Positions 17,401-24,759 of a DNA stretch of 64,000 bases are shown here, in pieces (positions within the stretch are counted from its first letter, which is position 1; every line of letters begins with the position of its first letter). The stretch is taken from positions 3,695 to 67,694 of the forward strand of contig MHJJ01000014.1 of assembly GCA_001817915.1 (NCBI GenBank), read 5' to 3'. The notes below the pieces were generated by a model. That model made no database searches, was not told where the DNA came from, and worked only from the letters and a program-made list of their open reading frames with translations. The stretch comes from Candidatus Harrisonbacteria bacterium RIFCSPLOWO2_01_FULL_44_18. Its GTDB lineage: Bacteria; Patescibacteriota; Minisyncoccia; UBA6257; WO2-44-18. A program made the translations under genes and the position numbers.

Positions 17401-19206
17401 ATGTGCGGAATTGCCGGTTATATAGGCAAAAAAGAGGGGTTGCCGATTGTATTCGGGACTTTGCGGAAATTAGAGTACAGGGGCTACGACTCGGCAGGCG
17501 TAGCTTATTTTGTTAAAAGACGAAAGTCTGGGGTCAAGGGCGTGAAGGTTGTAAAGACTGTTGGGAAATTAGATAATTTAGAGCAAGCTATTTTTGATAA
17601 AAAGTCTTCATTGGCCGCGGCCGCTATCGGACATACGAGATGGGCTACCCATGGGCCTCCCAATGAAATTAACGCTCATCCCCACTGGGACTGCAAAAAA
17701 GAAATTTTTCTCGTTCATAACGGCATCATTGAAAATTATAAAGAATTAAAAGAAGAATTATTAAAAGCGGGGCATCATTTCCGTTCACAAACCGATACTG
17801 AAGTGGCAGTTCATTTGATTGAAGAATATGGTTTTGAGAAAGCTCTTAAGAAAATAGTTGGAGCTTATGCGTTTGCCATAATTTATAGAAAAGAACCAAA
17901 CAAGATTTATTTTGCTCGCCTGGGAAGTCCATTGGTAGTGGGAGTGGGACAGGAAGAGTATTATTTAGCTTCAGATCCAACGGCATTAGCTGGCTTAGTA
18001 AAGCGAGTTATCTATTTAAAGGATGGGCAAAGAGGGGTTTTGAGTCTCGGCGGATTTAAAATCGGTCCGACTAGACCAAAAGTCGAGCCGCTCGATATTG
18101 ATCCGGAACAGGCCAGAAAAGGCGACTTTCCGCATTTTATGCTCAAGGAAATTTTCGAGGGTCCGGAGGTGGTTAGATCGGCTTTGCGCGGCAGGCTTTT
18201 CCCCGAAAGGAATTTAGTGAAACTCGGCGGCCTAGAAAGCGCGGCGGATAAATTAAAAAAGATTAGACGGTTGGAAATTATTTCATGCGGCACCTCTTAT
18301 TATTCGGGCCTAGCCGGCGAACTGCTGTTTGAAGAGCTGTCTGAATTGCCGGCTGAAATACACCTTGCTTCCGAGTATCGATATCGGAAAGATCCAACCC
18401 AAAAGAGAGCCGCCTGTGTATTTATTTCGCAATCCGGCGAAACCGCCGACACTTTAGCGGCCCTAAAAAAAGCCGGCAGTCGCGGATATTTAACATTGGG
18501 GGTAGTAAATGCCGTCGGCTCAAGCATTGCTCGCGCTACCGAGGCCGGCGTGTACAATCATGCCGGACCGGAAATCGGGGTTGCTTCCACCAAAGCTTTT
18601 TTATCGCAACTCAGCGTTTTGGCGCTTATGTCTTTGTTTTTGTCAAAAAATAAGAAAAGCAAAACGGCTAAAGAAGTAATGAGAGAACTTTCCGCGATTC
18701 CCGGTAAAATTAAATTAATTTTGGCGCAAAGCGATAAAATAAAAGAGCTGGCTAAAAAATATTTAAAATATAAAAACTTTCTATACTTGGGAAGAGGATA
18801 TAATTACCCGACAGCGTTGGAAGGCGCGTTGAAAATAAAAGAAATCGCTTATGTTCATGCCGAAGGATACGCCGGCGGCGAAATGAAACACGGCCCCATC
18901 GCGCTGGTAGATAAAAATTTCCCAATCGTTGCCATCGTCACTCAAAATGGCGTTTATGAAAAAATGATTTCTAACCTGGAAGAAATCAAAGCTCGCGGCG
19001 GCCCCATTTTGGCGATCGCCACCGTCGGGGATAAAAACATCGGCAAGCTGGCTGACGATGTTTTTTATGTTCCAAAAACCGTTAGGCAACTTGAGCCGAT
19101 GTTGAATGTCGTGCCGCTGCAGCTTTTCGCTTATTACTTTGGCGCGCTGAAAGGTTATGATGTAGATAAGCCAAGAAATTTAGCAAAAAGTGTTACAGTA
19201 GAATAA
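17401..19206 (+). CDS. glmS: glutamine--fructose-6-phosphate aminotransferase
   Basis: N-terminal MCGIAGY (Cys nucleophile) and two SIS domains. C-terminal end is DVDKPRNLAKSVTVE. Confidence 0.9.
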   Translation: MCGIAGYIGKKEGLPIVFGTLRKLEYRGYDSAGVAYFVKRRKSGVKGVKVVKTVGKLDNLEQAIFDKKSSLAAAAIGHTRWATHGPPNEINAHPHWDCKKEIFLVHNGIIENYKELKEELLKAGHHFRSQTDTEVAVHLIEEYGFEKALKKIVGAYAFAIIYRKEPNKIYFARLGSPLVVGVGQEEYYLASDPTALAGLVKRVIYLKDGQRGVLSLGGFKIGPTRPKVEPLDIDPEQARKGDFPHFMLKEIFEGPEVVRSALRGRLFPERNLVKLGGLESAADKLKKIRRLEIISCGTSYYSGLAGELLFEELSELPAEIHLASEYRYRKDPTQKRAACVFISQSGETADTLAALKKAGSRGYLTLGVVNAVGSSIARATEAGVYNHAGPEIGVASTKAFLSQLSVLALMSLFLSKNKKSKTAKEVMRELSAIPGKIKLILAQSDKIKELAKKYLKYKNFLYLGRGYNYPTALEGALKIKEIAYVHAEGYAGGEMKHGPIALVDKNFPIVAIVTQNGVYEKMISNLEEIKARGGPILAIATVGDKNIGKLADDVFYVPKTVRQLEPMLNVVPLQLFAYYFGALKGYDVDKPRNLAKSVTVE

Positions 19207-19442
19207 AGGGCTTTGTCTGAAATTTCGAGCCGCAAGCGATGAAATTTCAGGAACAAAACCTTTACCCCCTCACTCATTCTAGTAAAGATATGGCAATAGC
19301 GCCCAATCAGAGACGTAAGTCGGCTTCGCCTCTACTGATTCTGAAATACCGCAATCGTTGCTGGAATGAGTGAGGGGGTGCTCGATTTTGTGGCTAAATT
19401 TTCATCGCCACAAACGGGCTCGAAAATTTAGACAAAATCGGC
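19207..19442. repeat. nested inverted-repeat structured element
   Basis: ccccctcactcattc...gaatgagtgagggggt, plus outer arms tcgagccgcaagcgatgaaattt / aaattttcatcgccacaaacgggctcga. Confidence 0.4.
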
Positions 19443-20303
19443 ATGCATAAATTCATCGGTCTAATTTTATTAGTTGTCATAATTGGCTTTGTTTTTTTCG
19501 CGTACAATAAATTGCCGCAGTATTTTGGACGGGATTCTGATAAGAGCGATACGCAAAAGCCGCCGGCTTTTCAGTCAAAGATTAAGCCGGCGCCGGTAAT
19601 TGTCCGTCAGGAAAAAAGCGCCATCTCTGCCGTCGGAACCGTTGTTTCTAATTTAGAAAAAGTGAAAATTTCAGGAATCAGGCCGGCTAGCAGCGGGAGG
19701 AATTACAGCGAAATATCGCTTTCGGCTAATCTTCAAGAAGGAGAAAAAATTAATATTACCGGCTGGCAGATTAAAAGCAATAAAGCATATTTTTTTGTTC
19801 CCAGGGGAGCGGAAATTTATGAACCCGGCGGCTTGTCCGCCCCGAGTGATATTTATTTGCGCCGCGGCGATAAAGCGCGATTATATTCCAACACTAGCCG
19901 AGTGGGTCTCAATTTCAAGTTGAATAAGTGTATTGGTTATTTGGAAACCGCGGGATCGTTTACGCCGTCGCTTCCAAAAAATTGTCCGCGCGCCAATCGT
20001 TCAGAGATTGTCGGTTTTTCCGGCGCTTGCCAGGATTATAGTTTAAGTTTGCGGACTTGCGCGCCGGCTAACGATAATCCGCCGGTTCCTTATAACGATC
20101 AGCCGTGCAGAGATTTCTTAAAAACATTTACTTATCTGGGATGCTTTGAACGATATCAAGATGACGCGGATTTTCTTTCTCGGGAATGGTGGATTTGGCT
20201 GGGCGATTCTTTCGGCAATCAAGCGGATATTTTAGATCCTCGCCACGATCAAGTGCGGCTTTATGATGATAAAGGAAATTTGGTAGACGAGTATACTTAT
20301 TAA
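19443..20303 (+). CDS. hypothetical secreted/membrane-anchored protein
   Basis: 286 aa. N-terminal TM/signal anchor and a Cys-containing C-terminal domain. No recognised motif. Confidence 0.5.
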   Translation: MHKFIGLILLVVIIGFVFFAYNKLPQYFGRDSDKSDTQKPPAFQSKIKPAPVIVRQEKSAISAVGTVVSNLEKVKISGIRPASSGRNYSEISLSANLQEGEKINITGWQIKSNKAYFFVPRGAEIYEPGGLSAPSDIYLRRGDKARLYSNTSRVGLNFKLNKCIGYLETAGSFTPSLPKNCPRANRSEIVGFSGACQDYSLSLRTCAPANDNPPVPYNDQPCRDFLKTFTYLGCFERYQDDADFLSREWWIWLGDSFGNQADILDPRHDQVRLYDDKGNLVDEYTY

Positions 20304-20339
20304 TTTAGTGACATGTTTCATGTGACATGTGCCAGGGTT

Positions 20340-21392
20340 CTATTTTCTCTCGCTTAATATCGCTTTCGCTTCGAATTCTTTGCCTTGTCTCAAGACTTTT
20401 AGTTTTAATACATCGCCGACTTCAAGATTTTCCAGGAAATCCTGAATCGTCTTTTGAGTAGAGATTTTTTCGCCGTTGCATTCCAGAACAATATCTTTTT
20501 CTTTTATGCCTGATTTATCCGCCGGACTATTGTGGATAATGGCGGATGAATGAGGGCCGTGGCTGATAACCAAAGCGCCATAGCCAACCGGCAGATTTAA
20601 TTTTTCCTTAAGATCTTCATCAATGGTAATATAGCGAAGACCAAGAAGCGGCCGGCGGATTCGCCCATGTTCCTTTAGGTCATGAAGGTCTCTTTTTACG
20701 GTATTGATCGGAATAGCAAAGCCGAGATTTTGAGCGCCGAAGACGATAGCCGCGTTGATGCCGATTGCTTCGCCGTCCAGATTAACTAACGGACCGCCGG
20801 AATTCCCCGGATTGATGGCCGCGTCGGTTTGGATCAAGCCGCGCAATTCCTGAAGCGGCTGTTTTGGGCCGATTGCCGCTTGGATTGATCGGGAGAGTCC
20901 GGAAATGATGCCGGCTGAAACTGTATTTTTAAAAAGACCAAGGGCGTTGCCGATAGCCAAAACGGTTTCGCCTAACTCCACCTTCGAAGAATCGCCTAAT
21001 TTAACTATTGGAAGTTTATTGGCCGGCGGATTGATTTTGATGATTGCTACGTCATCGATTGGGTCGCGCGCCAGAATTTGCGCCTTATATTTTTTGTCGT
21101 CATTGGTGATTACGGCATACTCCGCCTCGCCGTCCGAGATGACATGTTTGTTAGTAACAATAATTCCATTGGCATCAACAATAAATCCCGAGCCGCCGCC
21201 GATTTTGACCATCCCGCGCGCGTCAATCATTTCCTCGGGAATTTGAAGATGAGGATCGCCGGAAGGAAATAGCGGCAACAATTCCGGAGGTATTTCTTTT
21301 TCTATCGCCTCAAGACTTTTTGAAATTACAATCGAAACTACCGACGGCATCACTTTTTTAATTGTTTTAGTAAGAGGGGATTTTTCAGCCAT
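20340..21392 (-). CDS. htrA: HtrA/DegP-family serine protease with PDZ domain
   Basis: Trypsin-like blocks GSGFIVDANGIIVTNKHV and GNSGGPLVN, with a C-terminal PDZ domain. Confidence 0.85.
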   Translation of the reverse strand: MAEKSPLTKTIKKVMPSVVSIVISKSLEAIEKEIPPELLPLFPSGDPHLQIPEEMIDARGMVKIGGGSGFIVDANGIIVTNKHVISDGEAEYAVITNDDKKYKAQILARDPIDDVAIIKINPPANKLPIVKLGDSSKVELGETVLAIGNALGLFKNTVSAGIISGLSRSIQAAIGPKQPLQELRGLIQTDAAINPGNSGGPLVNLDGEAIGINAAIVFGAQNLGFAIPINTVKRDLHDLKEHGRIRRPLLGLRYITIDEDLKEKLNLPVGYGALVISHGPHSSAIIHNSPADKSGIKEKDIVLECNGEKISTQKTIQDFLENLEVGDVLKLKVLRQGKEFEAKAILSERK

Positions 21393-21424
21393 GTAATAAA
21401 TTATACCATTTCTATATAAAAATT

Positions 21425-21667
21425 TGGACCTAGCCAGAATCCCCTGCCTGCCGGCAGGCAGGGAACTGGCGTTTCCTCATTGTCCCGACAGCAAAGGTGG
21501 ACCCAAGGAGATTCGAACTCCTGACCTCCACATTGCAAATGTGGCGCTCTAGCCAACTGAGCTATGGGCCCACCTTTACTGTCGTGGATCCTCGACTTCA
21601 TTTTATTATATTTTTTAAAAAAGTGCGTCGGGACAAATGAGGTGTTCTGCCACTGAACTATAGGCCC
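21425..21667 (-). tRNA. interrupted tRNA-Ala(UGC)-like gene with 151-nt insert that contains the intact tRNA-Ala
   Basis: 5' exon 21634-21667: GGGCCTA TA GTTC AGTGGCA GAAC A CCTCA TTTG. 3' exon 21425-21482: CAA TGAGG AAAC GCCAG TTC[22-nt palindrome]GATT CTGGC TAGGTCC A. The acceptor stem pairs with G3:U70. The anticodon loop reads TTTGCAA once the insert is removed. The insert is bounded by 7-bp inverted repeats TCCCGAC/GTCGGGA. Confidence 0.45.
21498..21571 (-). tRNA. tRNA-Ala (anticodon UGC)
   Basis: GGGCCCATAGCTCAGTTGGCTAGAGCGCCACATTTGCAATGTGGAGGTCAGGAGTTCGAATCTCCTTGGGTCCA. G3:U70 Ala identity pair, anticodon loop TTTGCAA. No encoded CCA. Confidence 0.85.
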
Positions 21668-21890
21668 GCCCACTTGATTTATATTATTCGATTGTTTGGA
21701 TTTTCGCCAGACTTTGTTTGCCAATAAAATCTAACGGTTCAACGCGTTGAACCATTAGAGTTTTTTGATTCCTCAACATAATATTTATATTTCTAAACTA
21801 GTTATGCGCGGCATAAAGGAACCGGCGTCAAATACTTCGGGCTTCGGCGAGGCGAAGCTTGCTTACGCTAAAGCTTTGACGAAGCGAATG

Positions 21891-21977
21891 CGGAGACGGG
21901 AGGATTCGAACCTCCGATGCCCTTTCGGGCATACCGCATTTCGAGTGCGGCCCATTCAACCACTCTGGCACGTCTCC
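21891..21977 (-). tRNA. tRNA-Ser (anticodon CGA), type II
   Basis: GGAGACG...CCGCA CTCGAAA TGCGG..., long variable arm TATGCCCGAAAGGGCATC, T-arm GGAGGTTCGAATCCTCC, acceptor 3' strand CGTCTCC, discriminator G. Confidence 0.85.
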
Positions 21978-21979
21978 AA

Positions 21980-22159
21980 TGCCCTCGGGAAGAATCGAAC
22001 CTCCATCCGCGCGTTAGGAGTGCGCTGTTCCCCGCCTGCCATCGCTTGTGCCCCCAGAAAGAATCGAACTCTCATCTTTCCCTTAGGACGGGATTGCTCG
22101 GTCCATTGAGCTATGGGGGCTCAGGCCATGGCGGGCAGTATCCATTGAACTACGAGGGC
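21980..22159 (-). tRNA. interrupted tRNA-Arg(CCU)-like gene with 108-nt insert in the D-loop containing the intact tRNA-Arg
   Basis: 5' exon 22139-22159: GCCCTCG TA GTTC AATGGATA. 3' exon 21980-22030: GAAC A GCGCA CTCCTAA CGCGC GGAT GGAGG TTCGATT CTTCC CGAGGGC A. Acceptor and D stems are perfectly complementary across the insert. The insert is flanked by CCCGCC/GGCGGG. Confidence 0.45.
22049..22120 (-). tRNA. tRNA-Arg (anticodon CCU)
   Basis: GCCCCCA TA GCTC AATGGACC GAGC A ATCCC GTCCTAA GGGAA AGAT GAGAG TTCGATT CTTTC TGGGGGC A. Confidence 0.75.
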
Positions 22160-22167
22160 ACGCAATT

Positions 22168-22196
22168 ATTATATTCGATCTTCGGCAACTTGACAA
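22168..22196 (-). promoter_or_regulatory. promoter of the minus-strand tRNA operon (TTGTCA-17-TATAAT)
   Basis: Minus strand reads TTGTCAAGTTGCCGAAGATCGAATATAAT, 8 nt upstream of the first tRNA-like 5' end at 22159. Confidence 0.5.
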
Positions 22197-22217
22197 ATTA
22201 TGTAGACCTGCTATAAT
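22190..22217 (+). promoter_or_regulatory. divergent promoter (TTGACA-16-TATAAT) for the 22259 gene
   Basis: TTGACAAATTatgtagacctgcTATAAT. Its -35 hexamer overlaps the -35 of the opposing tRNA promoter. Confidence 0.5.
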
Positions 22218-22258
22218 TTGGTTAAAGTGCGATAGTTCCCCGAAGGGGGATTTTTTTT

Positions 22259-22720
22259 ATGAATAAGAACATAGGCATCATATTCATTTTCGCCTTGACT
22301 CTGCCGACAACTTTCGCGGGGCAGCTTTATATTGTCGCCCCAGTCTTTGGTGAAGAAACTAACATTTTGGACATTCTTAGCAATCAAATAGCCGTTAGTT
22401 CTCTTTCGGGCGACATGCCGTTTTTTAATAATTCGGCGAGGATGAACGTTGTTGTCACCGGTTATTCTTCCACTCATGATCAAACAGACAGCACCCCGTT
22501 TATTACTGCTTCAGGGAAGCGGGTGCGGGACGGAATTATCGCCGCTAATTTTTTGAAGTTTGGCGCTCGGATTCAGATTCCGGAAATCTTCGGCGACAAG
22601 ATTTTTGTTGTTGAAGATCGGATGGCTCGCCGGTTTTCTGATCGGGTTGATATTTGGTTTCCGGACAGGGCGACGGCTTTAAAATTCGGGAAAAAAGAAG
22701 TGGAGATTGTTATACTCTAA
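22259..22720 (+). CDS. 3D-domain (MltA/YabE-like) cell-wall-associated protein
   Basis: Signal peptide, then TGYSSTHDQTDSTPFITASGKRVRDGIIAANFLKFGARIQIPE...IFVVEDRMARRFSDRVDIWF, typical of the 3D domain. Confidence 0.6.
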   Translation: MNKNIGIIFIFALTLPTTFAGQLYIVAPVFGEETNILDILSNQIAVSSLSGDMPFFNNSARMNVVVTGYSSTHDQTDSTPFITASGKRVRDGIIAANFLKFGARIQIPEIFGDKIFVVEDRMARRFSDRVDIWFPDRATALKFGKKEVEIVIL

Positions 22721-22772
22721 ATCAGAACCCATTAAAAATTCCTCCTAGGGGAGGAATTTAGAAATGGAGGAA

Positions 22773-23402
22773 TTAGAAATGGAAGGCGGCACCGGTTAAC
22801 AAGAAGAATAAGCCATTTATGGCAAAAGAAATAATCGGACTTAAAAACGGCAAAAGGATTATGACAATCAGCAGGCCGAACATGCCAAGACGGTCAAAGT
22901 TTTGTTGCTGGTGAGGCGAAAGGTTTAAAATTGTCCCCAATAGCTTGGATCCGTCCAAAGGGGGAATGGGTATCAAATTAAACAGGCCGAGGATTAAATT
23001 AATAAAGACCATTAAAGCTAGCAGGGATGTTGCAAGTTCGCCGACGGAAAATAAGAGTAAAAGTCGTAAAATCAATCCGAAGACAATTGCCAAAAGGAAA
23101 TTAGTAGCCACTCCGGCAAATGATACCCAGAACATTCCTTTGCGATAACTGAAAAATCTGCTCGGGTCTATTGGCACCGGTTTTGCTCCGCCGAGAATAA
23201 AAGGCGAGCCCATCAGTATTAGCGCGGCAGGAAGCAAAAGCGACATTAAAGGGTCAATGTGAGGAATCGGATTAAGCGTAAGCCGCCCGGCCAACTTTGC
23301 GGTAGGATCGCCAAATTTCAGCGCCATCCAGCCGTGAGCTATTTCATGTAGAATTGCCGAAAATATGAGGATTGCCAAGACCGTAATCCACCAGACCAGC
23401 AT
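22773..23402 (-). CDS. M50 site-2 protease family protein
   Basis: HEIAHG zinc motif and LNLIPIPPLDG motif. Start set at the ATG at 23402, preceded by AGGAGGTG contributed by the adjacent MITE TIR. Confidence 0.8.
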   Translation of the reverse strand: MLVWWITVLAILIFSAILHEIAHGWMALKFGDPTAKLAGRLTLNPIPHIDPLMSLLLPAALILMGSPFILGGAKPVPIDPSRFFSYRKGMFWVSFAGVATNFLLAIVFGLILRLLLLFSVGELATSLLALMVFINLILGLFNLIPIPPLDGSKLLGTILNLSPHQQQNFDRLGMFGLLIVIILLPFLSPIISFAINGLFFLLTGAAFHF

Positions 23403-23405
23403 GAG

Positions 23406-23630
23406 CCACCTCCTTTCATATAAATCTCTGTCTGACTTCCGATGTCCCCAATATTGATAATTTTCCGAAGGGCAATCGGCTGGAAGCCGATCGGACATCG
23501 GAAGTCTCAATATTAGGACATCCGATATCCGTCCCGATGTTCATCGGGATCGCCTGCGGCGAGAATATAATATTTGGGATATCGGATGTCTGCCAGCAGC
23601 GCGACCGAGAGCTTATATGAAAGGAGGTGG
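23406..23630. mobile_element. MITE-like element with 17-18-bp TIRs (CCACCTCCTTTCATATAA)
   Basis: ccacctcctttcatataa...ttatatgaaaggaggtgg, with internal inverted repeats gacttccgatgtcc/ggacatcggaagtc. Confidence 0.55.
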
Positions 23631-23761
23631 CCGCGCCTCCTCAATTTTCAATGAACCGCAATGTAAGTTAAATTATTGTATAGAATGGTTTCGATGTCAA
23701 AATCAGATAGGTTGTCGCGATTATTGCATATCAGACTTGGATTTATTAAATTATATATTAC

Positions 23762-23835
23762 GGGCCTATAGTGAAGCGGTATCACGGATCCATGGCATGG
23801 ATCAAGTCGGGGTTCGACTCCCCGTAGGTCCACCA
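23762..23835 (+). tRNA. tRNA-Ala (anticodon GGC) with encoded CCA
   Basis: GGGCCTA TA GTGA AGCGGTA TCAC G GATCC ATGGCAT GGATC AAGT CGGGG TTCGACT CCCCG TAGGTCC A CCA. G3:U70 present. Confidence 0.8.
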
Positions 23836-23919
23836 GACAGGAAATTGCAAGCGAGGCGACTGCCCCTGTTTTAGGCAGGCACATTTGGCGGGTTTTTATA
23901 TACTAGAGAAACGGGCGCG

Positions 23920-23948
23920 TTGACTACGCGTCACGGCTTCATATATTA
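23920..23948 (+). promoter_or_regulatory. sigma70-like promoter (TTGACT-17-TATATT) for the GNAT gene
   Basis: TTGACTacgcgtcacggcttcatATATATTAT, with a GGGGGT SD before the ATG at 23982. Confidence 0.45.
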
Positions 23949-23981
23949 TATTTCTGTACGTTGAAAGGGGGTAAGCCGGCT

Positions 23982-24464
23982 ATGATCAAAGTCGCGCTTT
24001 TTAATGAAATTTCCCATGAATTAGGCAATACTCTTCTTGTGGATGTCACAAGCAGGATCGTTGAAAGGATTAATAATCTTTTGAGGCAGTTGTCAGTCAA
24101 CGCTCCATATTGGACTATCGGATGTTTCGCGGAGTTTTTGCGGCAGTCCAATAATCATTTAGTTGTTGCTATTGATGGCAAAATTATTGCTGGTATGGGA
24201 ACGGTTATTTTGAGCTATTCTTTAATGGGCCGTCACGCGAGGATCGAGGATGTGATTGTAGATAAACCATATCTCGGTAAGGGTTTGGGTCGAAAAATTG
24301 TCGAGGAATTAATCAGAATCGCCAACAAGGAAGGAGCAAGATGGATTGATTTAACCAGCAATTCTTCGCGAGTCGGGGCACTGAAGCTTTATAGAAGCTT
24401 GGGATTTAAGGATGTGGCGACAAATTGTTTGCGGCTGGCTTTGGGAGAGCAGGATTCGAGCTAG
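23982..24464 (+). CDS. GNAT-family N-acetyltransferase (C-terminus supplied by a MITE)
   Basis: Acetyl-CoA-binding motif KGLGRKIVEELIRIA. The last 7 codons and the stop codon lie inside the TIR of the 24444 element. Confidence 0.7.
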   Translation: MIKVALFNEISHELGNTLLVDVTSRIVERINNLLRQLSVNAPYWTIGCFAEFLRQSNNHLVVAIDGKIIAGMGTVILSYSLMGRHARIEDVIVDKPYLGKGLGRKIVEELIRIANKEGARWIDLTSNSSRVGALKLYRSLGFKDVATNCLRLALGEQDSS

Positions 24465-24713
24465 CATCAATTTAGTGAGCCAATTCCCGCCCATCTTCTT
24501 TGTTACTCGTCGCTTATGTGCCTATTGGCACACTACGCTCCTCGCGCCTTGAATCTGGACAGGAATTGGCTCACCCGAAGGGAAGAGAGAATTTGAGCCA
24601 AGTTCGAGGAACGACGAGGAGGTTGTGCTGGTAAGCACATCGACGAGGAGTGACAAAGAAATTGGCTCAAATTCTCTCTTCTAAATTTGACGCCAGTTCG
24701 AATCCTGCTCTCC
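24444..24713. mobile_element. MITE-like element with about 33-bp TIRs whose ends resemble a tRNA T-arm/acceptor (GTTCGAATCCTGCTCTCC)
   Basis: ggagagcaggattcgagctagcatcaatttag ... ctaaatttgacgccagttcgaatcctgctctcc. A short copy of about 70 bp lies at 48682-48752. Confidence 0.6.
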
Positions 24714-24759
24714 TAGAGAAATAACCGCGGTTTCAAAAAATTCCCTCGAATGAGGGAAT

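Noticed and set aside
21736-21753. 18-bp perfect palindrome ggttcaacgcgttgaacc followed by a T-run, between tRNA-Ser and the Ala locus
   Set aside because: The T-run is on the strand opposite to the tRNA operon. It is probably a generic hairpin or protein-binding site. There is too little evidence to call a terminator or operator.
21401-22216. Track ORFs 21401-21724(-), 21765-22109(+) and 21917-22216(+), overlapping the tRNA cluster
   Set aside because: They are entirely covered by tRNA genes and tRNA-like exons. Their amino-acid composition is typical of translated tRNA sequence (Pro/Gly/Arg-rich) and they have no SD.
23617-23884. ORFs 23617-23874(+) and 23648-23884(-)
   Set aside because: They begin inside a MITE terminal repeat and run through tRNA-Ala(GGC); they are artefactual.
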